From Acutalibacteraceae bacterium (GTDB taxonomy: Bacteria; Bacillota; Clostridia; Oscillospirales; Acutalibacteraceae): a DNA stretch of 64,000 bases. Shown here piece after piece: positions 9,601 through 17,792 of this stretch. Where the stretch lies: the NCBI GenBank assembly GCA_045605385.1, contig JAZUPW010000013.1:607-64606 (forward strand), read 5' to 3'. Every line of letters begins with the position of its first letter. Position 1 is the stretch's first letter. A model generated the notes under the pieces. It was not told where the DNA came from and did no database searches. It was given only the letters and a program-made list of their open reading frames with translations. The translations under genes and the position numbers were made by a program.

Positions 9601-10495
9601 TCCTACCAAGGAAATTTGGGAACGAAATAAGGATGGCAGTTATTCCTATCCTACCGGTAATACAAAGGGTTACAGTTTAGGCCCTGTTCAGTTTGCTTGG
9701 TTAGAGGCTGTGCTTGAGGATGCAGGTAAGAAGGATATGACCTGTGTTATTGCAACACACGCTGCACTTCATCCAAAGCTTGCTTACAATCAGGGTAAAA
9801 GCGGTGACGCTCCCGCAACAGTTGCTTTGTTTAAGAATATTAACAATAAATACCCGGGTACTGTAGCGCTTGCTCTTAACGGACACAGCCATACTAACGA
9901 GCTTTTTGAAGCCGACGGTATTGTTTGGATGTGTGTTAACAACACCTTCGGTAATTTTGGCGGTTTTGATTCGCATACTAAAATAACCGGTATTTACGGC
10001 GATTTAACCGTTAAAAAGGAAATGTACGATAATGACGGTAACTTTATTGAAGTACGTGATTTCCCAATGAAAGATCTTCAGTTTGAAGATATGACCTACT
10101 TTACAGAAGATCCGTTAAGCGCCGTTATTACTCTTGATTCTAACGGTCTTATTGTAATAGAGGGTACAGAGTCTAACTGGGCATATAACATAAATCCTAC
10201 CGAAGAGTTTATTAATACTTTTGGGTATGATGTAAGAAACGCTTATCAACCTCGTGTAAGCAGTTATACAAACTATCTTTATACCGAAGAAGCAAAACCT
10301 GAATATGAAGCAGGTGATATTAACGGTGACAATGCTGTAAATGCTGCCGATTTAGCGCTTCTTAAAAAGGTTATAGCAGGTCTTACTCCTCTTGATAGTG
10401 AGGAAGTGAAGAACCCCGACGTAGACGGAATAAGCGGAACCCCCAACGCTGCTGACCTTGCCGCATTAAAGAAAATAATAGCGGGACTTATTTAG
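6674..10495 (+). CDS. secreted multidomain calcineurin-like metallophosphoesterase with three N-terminal beta-sandwich repeats and C-terminal dockerin
   Basis: I place the start at ATG 6674 (RBS aaaggagag, signal peptide MKMHKIISIICSLALILSAIGVMPAFNAEA) rather than the track start 6209, which runs antisense through the LysR gene. There are three ~225-aa repeats (ADSGF.V....E.D ... DEDGY(T/S)LV.L.IY.YNG...). Metallophosphoesterase motifs are ADFHY, LGDLVKD, GNHDLE, ATHAAL and NGHSHTN. The dockerin (GDINGDNAVNAADLALLKKVIAGL) is about 80% identical at DNA level to that of ORF 2-3298. Confidence 0.85.
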   Translation: MKMHKIISIICSLALILSAIGVMPAFNAEAITDEGLVADSGFEVVDVIAELDPTNSLTEGWVLHSNSSITDSPENDGTKVVRLDNERGDHSYADVSTIVNQNNFAVVAVIGTNSNSTYADGLPGISINDLRIDGSDASSNKFGFTHKNRGDDRFPRAGKFYYALDSDYYPQKDVTFEEDGYTKITLTVYRVDGMYYYYANGEFIGEIKITGEQTGKVFVSIFDSFSFAYVHRATVYSFSEIEDVVPPENPDEPDDTIIGSLIENSGYNVGEKIEELDFSSASAGAVTEMNGWTFENASVAASPDNSAMTLKLENEWGSATGTKTIESENFVVVATFGSDSNNIKADGFPTVFVDALDADGNTVVRNGFGFGQANRDAVGKTPAPGKYYYLNNDSYPQPKSLTFDEDGYTLVNLVIYRYNGVYSFYGNGELIASFAVDTGNSVASEIQFYEGYSLAYLHYAAVYEIDSSIYDPDEPVEGLFADSGFVVGEKFESIDFAKMNRGAITESGNWKFENSKVVKAVEGNDNALQITNYYGGSKMYADIDRENFVAVAVLGTNDNDKEADGVPALAVLGLNADGEYENALSLGFAQKNRVGDSFPTNGTTMITEGYYHYPSKIGFDDDGYSLVTLTIYSYNGAFHCYLQGEYLGAYANTKGIKTDAVRRLAVTMAWANVYVHSIDVYDIMPIDFEVNSAALKTGEKVGLDITLTADNTEKGDFDLSNMEFGAVVTLKDGSTPEDTTVETENANIVKFSVENTATENKLSAFVEVSKENADKYVNIRPYVLENGIYHYCDAKIYSAAALATVAYNNGDAQTKAALAEYFSNSKLFKGGSTKKITFTAFADFHYMKNLETNIICRSNVSDLEAILKRGDDSGSAFVMQLGDLVKDAKVSKELFDTYLNYEKENGEIMPVYGIYGNHDLEQGNKMSYVNTTLTNDENTVWGTDSGKMETDSRIAYYYSDYDGFRFIYLDNNYSYNPTKEIWERNKDGSYSYPTGNTKGYSLGPVQFAWLEAVLEDAGKKDMTCVIATHAALHPKLAYNQGKSGDAPATVALFKNINNKYPGTVALALNGHSHTNELFEADGIVWMCVNNTFGNFGGFDSHTKITGIYGDLTVKKEMYDNDGNFIEVRDFPMKDLQFEDMTYFTEDPLSAVITLDSNGLIVIEGTESNWAYNINPTEEFINTFGYDVRNAYQPRVSSYTNYLYTEEAKPEYEAGDINGDNAVNAADLALLKKVIAGLTPLDSEEVKNPDVDGISGTPNAADLAALKKIIAGLI

Positions 10496-10525
10496 GTTGA
10501 AGTGGAAAACTAAATAATAATAAAA

Positions 10526-10559
10526 GACCGAAGAAGATATTTAAAAAACTTCTTCGGTC
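10526..10559. terminator. bidirectional hairpin terminator
   Basis: gaccgaagaag / cttcttcggtc 11-bp stem flanked by A and T runs, between convergent genes. Confidence 0.75.
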
Positions 10560-10570
10560 TTTGTGTCTTA

Positions 10571-12409
10571 TTAATTAAAATACTGTTTATACCAAACAAG
10601 GAAGGTGTAAACCGTCCAGATTTTACGGCTAACGTCCTCTTTACCGCTTCTGTGACGTTCTAAAAGTTTAACAAGTTTTTTAGTGTCAAAATACTTTTCA
10701 GCATTTTCGCTTGCAAATTCTGCTTTAACAAGATTGTAGTATTCGTCTTGTGTAAGCCAAACTCTTATAGGAACAGGGAAACCTAACTTGTCCTTTTTAG
10801 CGGTAAGTTCGGGTAAGGTTTTTTCTGCCGCTAATCGTAGCGCAAGTTTTGTAGTTTTTGTACTTACTCTGCAGTTAACAGGAATAGTAAGGGCTAATTC
10901 CAAAACTTTCTTATCAAGGAAAGGAACACGTAATTCAAGTGAATTTGCCATAGACGTTTTATCTGCCTTTAGCAAAATATCGCCCATAAGCCACATATGC
11001 ATATCAAGATACTGCATTTTTGTTATGGTGTCTTTGTCCTTAACTTCATCGTAAAACTTTTTGCAAAGAATTTGCGGTGCAACTGCATTTTTTGCAATTT
11101 CGCTTTTTAAAATGCTGTTTCGCTCTTTAACGCTGAAAATATCGGCGTTACCAATAAAGCGCTCTTCTATGGTTTTACCGCGGCGGATAAGGTAGTTAAT
11201 ACCGTGCTTCTTAGGTAAGAATTCGCATATTTTAGAAATACCGCGGCGAAGCCAGAAAGGTAAACTGTCGTAAGAAGTAAGGGTAATGGGTTCCTGATAA
11301 ATTCTGTAACCACCGAATAACTCGTCAGCACCTTCGCCCGACATTACAACCTTTACGTGTTCACTTGCTAATTTTGAAACAAAGTAAAGAGCAATAGATG
11401 CAGGGTCTGCCAACGGCTCGTCCATGTGGTACTGAATATTGGGGAAACATTCAAAGTATTCTTCGCTTGAAATTATTTTGCTTATGTTTGCAACCTTAAT
11501 TGTATCGGCAAATTTCTTTGCATAGTGTATTTCGTTATATCGGTCGCCGTCGGGACTTTCAAAGCCTACGGTAAAGGTTTTATCTACGTCTGCTGCTTCG
11601 GCAATATAACTTGAGTCAATACCGCTTGAAAGGAAAGAACCAACTTCAACGTCGGCGCTTATTTTGTGAGCCGCTACCGATTCTCTTACTGCTTTGTCGG
11701 TAAGGTCGGCAAAATATTCAAGCGAACCTTCTTGCGGGTTAAAATCGGGCTTAAAGTAGCGGACGGTTTTTATTTTGCCGTCTTTGTAAGTTATATAATG
11801 CGCGGGCGGAAGTTTGTATACACCTTTAAAGAAGGTTTCTTCGGTAGGCGAATACTGGAAGGAAAGATAATGCGCAAGCGCTTCTTCGTTTAGTTCTTTT
11901 TTGAAATTCGGATGCAGTAAAAACGATTTAATTTCACTGCCAAACATAAAAGATTCTTCTGCAAAAGTATAATAAAACGGTTTTATACCAAAAATATCTC
12001 TTGCGCCGAAAAGCGAACCGTCGTTTTTATTGTAAATAACAAATCCGTACATACCGCGAAGTTTAGGGAGCATTTCTTCGCCCCATTCTTCAAAACCGTG
12101 AAGTAAGGTTTCGCTGTCAGAATGGCTTGTCTTAAAGGTATGGCCTAAAGCGGTAAGTTCTTCTCTTAATTCTTTGTGATTATAAATTTCTCCGTTGAAA
12201 ACAAGAACAAGGCTTTCGTCTTCGTTAAACATAGGCTGACTGCCGTCGGCAAGGTCAACAATGCTTAAACGCCTGAAACCAAGCGCAACGTTATTGTCTA
12301 CGTATTTGCCTGCGCTGTCGGGACCTCTGTGAACAATTTTGTCCATCATAGATTCCAATAAAACGCCGTTATCGGCAATACTGTTTGTGAAACCCACAAA
12401 TCCGCACAT
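10571..12409 (-). CDS. asnB: asparagine synthase (glutamine-hydrolysing)
   Basis: N-terminal MCGFVGF nucleophile Cys, class-II glutamine amidotransferase domain, and a SGGIDSS-like PP-loop (LSSGIDSS). Length 612 aa. Confidence 0.9.
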   Translation of the reverse strand: MCGFVGFTNSIADNGVLLESMMDKIVHRGPDSAGKYVDNNVALGFRRLSIVDLADGSQPMFNEDESLVLVFNGEIYNHKELREELTALGHTFKTSHSDSETLLHGFEEWGEEMLPKLRGMYGFVIYNKNDGSLFGARDIFGIKPFYYTFAEESFMFGSEIKSFLLHPNFKKELNEEALAHYLSFQYSPTEETFFKGVYKLPPAHYITYKDGKIKTVRYFKPDFNPQEGSLEYFADLTDKAVRESVAAHKISADVEVGSFLSSGIDSSYIAEAADVDKTFTVGFESPDGDRYNEIHYAKKFADTIKVANISKIISSEEYFECFPNIQYHMDEPLADPASIALYFVSKLASEHVKVVMSGEGADELFGGYRIYQEPITLTSYDSLPFWLRRGISKICEFLPKKHGINYLIRRGKTIEERFIGNADIFSVKERNSILKSEIAKNAVAPQILCKKFYDEVKDKDTITKMQYLDMHMWLMGDILLKADKTSMANSLELRVPFLDKKVLELALTIPVNCRVSTKTTKLALRLAAEKTLPELTAKKDKLGFPVPIRVWLTQDEYYNLVKAEFASENAEKYFDTKKLVKLLERHRSGKEDVSRKIWTVYTFLVWYKQYFN

Positions 12410-12437
12410 AAATATAACCTCTCTTTAGCCAAAGCAT

Positions 12438-12923
12438 TTAAAAAATACTTTTAAGCCTTTTTTCTAAATAAATAACCGCAAGTCCCGTAAGCAAACCCGT
12501 TATTGCCCCTAAAGCGCAAAGTATTGGCAAATAGGTAAATACGGCAATACTTTTGTAAACGAATGCGCAAACCAAAACCTGTGTGAAATTGTGAAGCGTT
12601 GCGCCTATTATACTTAGTCCAACAGGCGAAAAACACTTAAAACGTTTAAAGCAAATAACGCTTAACGAACTTACTGCTGCTGCACACAAGGAAAATATAA
12701 GCGAAAAAACGCCCGAAAACAAAAATGAAGAAAGCAAAATTCTGCAAAGGTTAACAGCAATACCTTCTTTAATGAAGCCTTTAATAAAAAGCATTAAAAC
12801 AACGGCGTTTGCAAGTCCTAATTTAACACCTGGCGCAAAGGGCAGAACAAGTTGACTTTCAATAAAGGAAAAAGCCATGCAAATTGCGGTAAGCATTGCG
12901 CAAACAGAAATTTTCTTAGCCAT
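12438..12923 (-). CDS. Gx transporter family membrane protein (heptaprenyl-diphosphate-synthase-component-I-like fold)
   Basis: 161-aa polytopic membrane protein whose N-terminus (MAKKISVCAMLTAICMAFSFIESQLVLPFAPGVKLGLANAVVL) is typical of the family. Its ATG overlaps the upstream stop (TAATG). Confidence 0.65.
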   Translation of the reverse strand: MAKKISVCAMLTAICMAFSFIESQLVLPFAPGVKLGLANAVVLMLFIKGFIKEGIAVNLCRILLSSFLFSGVFSLIFSLCAAAVSSLSVICFKRFKCFSPVGLSIIGATLHNFTQVLVCAFVYKSIAVFTYLPILCALGAITGLLTGLAVIYLEKRLKSIF

Positions 12924-13240
12924 TATTTCACCTCTACAACAATACGGTTAGGCAAACAAACTATTGTTTCATTGCGCTTGTATATTTTTTTATGCTTTAC
13001 GCAAAGTTTGTCGGGGCAATCGGCACTTTTCATATAAACTTTGCCGTTTTCAATAATAACAGTATTTCCGCCCACATTATATTCGCGGTTTTCTGTTATT
13101 GGAAGTGTGCATACAAGGTTGTTATCCTGTTTAATAATAACTTCGTTTGCGTTTTTATTTAAGCCAAAAATAAAAATACCGCTTAATATACATAAAACAA
13201 TTATTATGGCAAATACTGCAATATCGGCTTTTTTTAGCAT
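12923..13240 (-). CDS. NusG domain II-containing membrane-anchored protein
   Basis: N-terminal TM helix followed by a small beta domain with CPDKLCV ... IVCLPN cysteine pairs, typical of PF07009-like proteins. Translationally coupled to the Gx transporter gene. Confidence 0.65.
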   Translation of the reverse strand: MLKKADIAVFAIIIVLCILSGIFIFGLNKNANEVIIKQDNNLVCTLPITENREYNVGGNTVIIENGKVYMKSADCPDKLCVKHKKIYKRNETIVCLPNRIVVEVK

Positions 13241-13322
13241 TTTTTGCCCCCAAAAAAATAATTTACAATTAAGTATAACACATCTTTACAAAAAAAGAAA
13301 GGTAAAGTATAATATTTTTATT

Positions 13323-14270
13323 ATGAAAAAGATTATTATTTTATTTTTACTCATTTCTTTTCTGCTTTGCGGATGTTATACGCCGAATTTGAGCAGCACA
13401 TATTTTTATTTCGACACTGCAGTTACACTTACTGCCGAATGCAGCAGTGAGGTTTTAGACGGTGCTTTTTTGCTTTGCGAAAAGTATGAGAATCTGCTTA
13501 GCCGAACAAAAGAGGGAAGCGATATATACCGTATAAACGAAAGTGATGATTTTGTTGCTGTAAACAAAGAAACTGCTTATCTTATAGAAAAAGCACTTTA
13601 TTATTCTTCACTTAGTAACGGCAAGTACGATATAACTCTTACACCTGTATCTATACTTTACGATTTTAACAATAAAATTCTGCCTGCAGAAGATAAAATA
13701 AAAACTGCCCTTGAAAAAGTTGGGTGCGAACAGATAGCCGTAAATGAAAACAGCGTGTCATCGGGTAGCGCTATGCTTGATTTAGGCTCAATTGCAAAAG
13801 GTTATATTGCCGATAAACTTTGTGAATATTTTAAATCAAACGGTGTTGATAATGCGGTTATAAACTTGGGCGGTAATGTTTACGTTTTGGGCAAAAATAA
13901 TAATAGCGTAGGTATTAAAAAACCGTTTTCAAACGAAGTAGAACTGTACGTAAAAGCAACAAATACCTCCCTTGTAACTTCGGGCATTGACCAACGCTAT
14001 ATAGAAAAAGACGGTTATTTTTATCACCACATTATTGATAAACAAACGGGGTATGGGGTTGAAAATTCATTGGCGAGTGTAACCGTAATAGGGGAAAGCA
14101 GTACCGATTGCGATGCGCTTTCTACCGTTTGTATGTTGCTTGGCAAAGAAGCGGGAATTGAATTGATAAACCGTATTGATAATATATACGCGGTGTTTAT
14201 TGAAAAAGATGGCACTGTAACCCTTTCAGACGGTTTAAGTAAAAAAGGCAAAAATGTGTATATCAATTAA
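13323..14270 (+). CDS. apbE: FAD:protein FMN transferase (ApbE family) lipoprotein
   Basis: I place the start at ATG 13323 (lipobox MKKIIILFLLISFLLCGC). Typical ApbE motifs are present (LDLGSIAKGYIADK, HHIIDKQTG). The track's upstream extension is antisense to the NusG-II gene. Confidence 0.85.
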   Translation: MKKIIILFLLISFLLCGCYTPNLSSTYFYFDTAVTLTAECSSEVLDGAFLLCEKYENLLSRTKEGSDIYRINESDDFVAVNKETAYLIEKALYYSSLSNGKYDITLTPVSILYDFNNKILPAEDKIKTALEKVGCEQIAVNENSVSSGSAMLDLGSIAKGYIADKLCEYFKSNGVDNAVINLGGNVYVLGKNNNSVGIKKPFSNEVELYVKATNTSLVTSGIDQRYIEKDGYFYHHIIDKQTGYGVENSLASVTVIGESSTDCDALSTVCMLLGKEAGIELINRIDNIYAVFIEKDGTVTLSDGLSKKGKNVYIN

Positions 14271-14342
14271 CAAAATGTACTTTATTTTTTAATATGAATG
14301 TAGTATAATTATATTAATAATTTTTTAGTTAGGAAATGAATT

Positions 14343-17063
14343 ATGGGACTATTTCAAGCAATATTCGGTAATTACAGCGAAAAGGAAATAAAACGCATAC
14401 TGCCTCTTCAAAACAAGGTGTTATCTTATGAAGAAGAGTATAAAGCGCTTAGTGATGAACAACTTAAAGCCAAAACAAACGAATTTAAGGAAAGATTAAG
14501 CCTTGGTGAAACACTTGACGATATTTTGCCTGAGGCTTTTGCCGTTTGTCGCGAAGCGGCGGACCGTGTTCTTGGAATGCGCCACTTTCCCGTTCAGATA
14601 ATAGGCGGTATTGTGCTTCATCAGGGCCGTATAAGTGAAATGAAAACAGGTGAAGGTAAAACTCTTGTTGCTACCTTACCCGCCTACTTAAACGCGCTTT
14701 CGTCAAAGGGTGTACACATTGTAACCGTAAACGATTACCTTGCCAAGCGCGATAGCGAATGGATGGGTAAAATTTACCGTTTCTTAGGCCTTAGCGTTGG
14801 GCTTATTGTTCACGGACTTACAAACGAACAACGCCGCGAAGCATATAATGCCGATATTACTTACTGTACTAATAACGAATTAGGTTTTGATTATTTAAGA
14901 GATAATATGGTGCTTTATGCCGAAAACCGTGTTCAGCGCGGTCATAATTTTGCCATTGTAGATGAAGTTGACTCTATTCTTATAGACGAAGCAAGAACTC
15001 CGCTTATTATTTCGGGACACGGCGCAAAATCTACCGACCTTTATACTAAAGCAAACAGTTTTGTAAAAACCCTTAAAATGTGTGTAGTTAAGGAAATGAA
15101 TGACAAAGCTAGTGATGAAGAAACTTCTTACAATGGGGATTACGTTGTAGATGAAAAGGCGCGTACCGCTACACTTACTCCTTCGGGCGTAGAAAAGGCA
15201 GAGGCATACTTTGGTATAGAAAACTTAAACGATGCCGAAAACATAACAATATCACACCACATAACTCAAGCAATACGCGCTCACGGTATTATGAAGCGCG
15301 ACGTTGATTACGTTGTTAAAGACGGCGAAGTAATAATTGTAGATGAATTTACGGGCCGACTTATGTTTGGCCGCCGCTATAACGAAGGTTTGCATCAGGC
15401 TATTGAAGCCAAGGAAGGCGTTAACGTTGCCGAAGAATCCAAAACCCTTGCAACCATTACTTTCCAGAACTTCTTCAGATTATATAGTAAACTTTCGGGT
15501 ATGACAGGTACTGCGCGTACCGAAGAAACCGAATTTGCTGAAATATACAGACTTGACGTGGTAGAAATTCCTACCAACAAGCCCGTTATAAGAATAGATA
15601 ACGATGACGTTATTTATAAAACCGAAATGGCGAAATTCAATGCCGTTATTGATAATATTGTTCAGTGCAACCAAAAAGGTCAGCCTGTGCTTGTGGGTAC
15701 CGTTACTATTGAAAAAAGTGAAATTTTAAGTAAACTTTTAAAGAAACGCGGAATAGCGCATAACGTACTTAATGCAAAGCACCACGAAAAGGAAGCCGAA
15801 ATAATTGCTCAGGCAGGTAAGTTCGGCGCCGTTACAATTGCTACAAATATGGCAGGTAGAGGTACCGATATTATGCTTGGCGGTAACGCTGAATACCTTG
15901 CTAAATCGGAACTTAAGAAAAAAGGCTACACCGATGAACTTATTGCCGAAGCAACAGGTTTTGCCGATACACAGGATAGCGAAATTATAACCGCAAGAAA
16001 AGAATATGATTCTTTTTATAAGCAATTCAAAGAAGAAATTGCGCCTGAAGCCGAAAAGGTAAGAAATGCGGGCGGTCTTGCAATTATAGGTACTGAACGC
16101 CACGATTCAAGGCGTATTGATAATCAGTTGCGCGGCCGTGCGGGACGTCAGGGCGACCCTGGAACTACTACCTTCTATATTTCGCTTGAAGATGACCTTA
16201 TGCGACTTTTCGGCGGCGAAAGAATTTCTGTTATGATGGAAACTCTTAACGTAGATGAAAATACGCCTCTTCAGTTTTCTATGCTTACAAAGAGCATAGA
16301 ATCTGCCCAGAAGAAAAAAGAAGGCATAAACTTTGCAGCAAGAAAAAGTGTACTTAATTACGATGACGTTATGAATAAGCAACGCGAACTTATTTATAAA
16401 CAACGTAATCAAGTGCTAGACGGTGAAGTACTTAAATCTACTATTTTAAAGATGATAGACGATACCATAGATGCAGGCGTAGCCGCGTATCTTACGGGGG
16501 AATCGGCTGACGAATGGGATTTCAATTCTCTTCGGGAACACCTTTCTTTCATTGTTTCAAGCGCCGATTTACACTATACTGCCGAACAACTTAATAATAT
16601 GGATACAACTTACGTTTCTGATTATATTAAAGAAAAAGCGCGTGCTCTTTATGAAAGACGCGAGGCAGAATTTGGCAGTGATATTATGCGTGAAATTGAA
16701 CGCATTGTATTGCTAAGAAACGTAGACTCTAACTGGATGGACCATATAGATGCTATGGACCAGTTGCGACAGGGTATAGGACTTCGTGCTTACGGTCAGC
16801 ACGACCCCGTTGTTGCTTACCGCGAAGAAAGTTTCGATATGTTCAGTGCTATGACTGATTCTATAAGAGAACTTACTTCTAAGCAGGTTTTAACCGTTCA
16901 GGTGCGCCGTCAGCAGGAAGTTAAGCGTGAAAAGGTTGCCGATGAAGCAACCGATAACAAGTCAAATACCGTTAAAGGAAACGGCGGAAGCGTTGCTCTT
17001 AATGCACCGTGTCCTTGCGGAAGCGGATTAAAATACAAACGCTGTTGCGGAAAAAATAAATAG
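14343..17063 (+). CDS. secA: preprotein translocase ATPase SecA
   Basis: 906 aa. Walker [14 protein letters not shown] box [19 protein letters not shown], and C-terminal zinc finger [14 protein letters not shown]. Confidence 0.97.
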   Translation: MGLFQAIFGNYSEKEIKRILPLQNKVLSYEEEYKALSDEQLKAKTNEFKERLSLGETLDDILPEAFAVCREAADRVLGMRHFPVQIIGGIVLHQGRISEMKTGEGKTLVATLPAYLNALSSKGVHIVTVNDYLAKRDSEWMGKIYRFLGLSVGLIVHGLTNEQRREAYNADITYCTNNELGFDYLRDNMVLYAENRVQRGHNFAIVDEVDSILIDEARTPLIISGHGAKSTDLYTKANSFVKTLKMCVVKEMNDKASDEETSYNGDYVVDEKARTATLTPSGVEKAEAYFGIENLNDAENITISHHITQAIRAHGIMKRDVDYVVKDGEVIIVDEFTGRLMFGRRYNEGLHQAIEAKEGVNVAEESKTLATITFQNFFRLYSKLSGMTGTARTEETEFAEIYRLDVVEIPTNKPVIRIDNDDVIYKTEMAKFNAVIDNIVQCNQKGQPVLVGTVTIEKSEILSKLLKKRGIAHNVLNAKHHEKEAEIIAQAGKFGAVTIATNMAGRGTDIMLGGNAEYLAKSELKKKGYTDELIAEATGFADTQDSEIITARKEYDSFYKQFKEEIAPEAEKVRNAGGLAIIGTERHDSRRIDNQLRGRAGRQGDPGTTTFYISLEDDLMRLFGGERISVMMETLNVDENTPLQFSMLTKSIESAQKKKEGINFAARKSVLNYDDVMNKQRELIYKQRNQVLDGEVLKSTILKMIDDTIDAGVAAYLTGESADEWDFNSLREHLSFIVSSADLHYTAEQLNNMDTTYVSDYIKEKARALYERREAEFGSDIMREIERIVLLRNVDSNWMDHIDAMDQLRQGIGLRAYGQHDPVVAYREESFDMFSAMTDSIRELTSKQVLTVQVRRQQEVKREKVADEATDNKSNTVKGNGGSVALNAPCPCGSGLKYKRCCGKNK

Positions 17064-17348
17064 ACGGAGCACTCACATAGGGAAAATTTGCCCGAAAAAG
17101 TGAATTTTTGCGGCCTAATGTGTTAAAAAGACACGGTATGCGTTAGCATTACCGTGTCTTTTCGCCTTTTATACCACTAAAAATTCATCTTTTATCGGGT
17201 GTATACAGTTTTGTAATCTTAAAAATTTTTCATATATCGAAGTTGAAAAACCGCGGCAATACTGACGTATGCTGCGGTTTAAGACAAAGATAGATGGAAA
17301 TTTTTATTTACAAAACCAATTTTTCCCTATATGAGTGTTCCGTGTAAT
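17059..17348. repeat. 290-bp palindromic element with 32-nt imperfect terminal inverted repeats and a nested inner inverted repeat
   Basis: The left arm (17059-17090, aatagacggagcactcacatagggaaaatttg) matches the reverse complement of the right arm (17317-17348) at 27 of 32 positions. An inner pair, 17091-17109 versus 17179-17199, matches at 19 positions with two 1-nt bulges. Confidence 0.7.
17130..17170 (+). terminator. secA rho-independent terminator (inside the palindromic element)
   Basis: gacacggta / taccgtgtc stem followed by ttttcgcctttt. Confidence 0.65.
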
Positions 17349-17392
17349 AACCTCCGTTATATTGGTAACAATATAATTAAAAGGAGGTTATT
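17346..17392 (+). promoter_or_regulatory. SD-sequestering hairpin in the leader of the small ORF
   Basis: aataacctcc (17346-17355) pairs perfectly with ggaggttatt (17383-17392), which contains the GGAGG Shine-Dalgarno sequence. An inner 7-bp helix is ttatatt/aatataa. The ATG lies 4 nt downstream. Confidence 0.6.
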
Positions 17393-17396
17393 TTTT

Positions 17397-17582
17397 ATGA
17401 ATAAAACTACGTCAATGTCGGCATTTGTAAAAGGAATGGGCGCAGGAATGGTAGCGGCGGCAGCGGTAACGGTAGTGGGCAAGGTTGTTATGAGCAATAA
17501 CAAAGGCATAGCAAAAGGCTCTACAAAGGTTATGCGTGCCGTGGGCGATTTTGTAGACGGCGTTCAAACAATGATTCGCTGA
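17397..17582 (+). CDS. 61-aa small membrane protein with a glycine-zipper helix (unknown function)
   Basis: ATG 17397 follows aaaaGGAGG. Sequence is MNKTTSMSAFVKGMGAGMVAAAAVTVVGKVVMSNNK followed by a polar tail. A strong terminator follows at 17597-17625. The track start 17331 has no RBS and lies in the palindromic arm. Confidence 0.6.
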   Translation: MNKTTSMSAFVKGMGAGMVAAAAVTVVGKVVMSNNKGIAKGSTKVMRAVGDFVDGVQTMIR

Positions 17583-17596
17583 TTTTATAAAGAAAA

Positions 17597-17625
17597 AGCC
17601 GTAATTATACGTTACGGCTTTTTTG
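17597..17625. terminator. hairpin terminator
   Basis: agccgtaa / ttacggct stem followed by T6, with an A-run on the other side. Confidence 0.75.
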
Positions 17626-17740
17626 ATTGAAAAATCCACCTTTTTGATTGATTTATGAGTTTTAATTATTATGCTGTTCTGTTATAATGACAATGCTTTT
17701 TAGTGTGTACTTTTTTTCATATTTTTGAAATAAAAATCTA

Positions 17741-17769
17741 TTTACAAAAATTAACAGTAAATATATAAT
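17741..17769 (+). promoter_or_regulatory. sigma-A type promoter of the GH20-like gene
   Basis: TTTACA, 17-nt spacer, TATAAT (17764-17769). Confidence 0.55.
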
Positions 17770-17792
17770 GAATGCAAAAAGGAGTGGATTGT

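Noticed and set aside
13041-13322. Upstream extension of the ApbE ORF
   Set aside because: It is antisense to the NusG-II gene. A lipoprotein signal with a lipobox starts at ATG 13323.
17064-17344. Possibility that the palindromic element is a known housekeeping RNA (6S, SRP/scRNA, tmRNA or RNase P RNA)
   Set aside because: I found no SRP domain-IV motif (GGAA tetraloop/AGCAGC context), no tmRNA tag ORF and no tRNA-like end. The internal architecture is several separate hairpins rather than the single interrupted rod of 6S RNA.
17331-17396. Longer 83-aa version of the small ORF
   Set aside because: The upstream ATG lies within the right inverted-repeat arm and has no SD. ATG 17397 follows a GGAGG.
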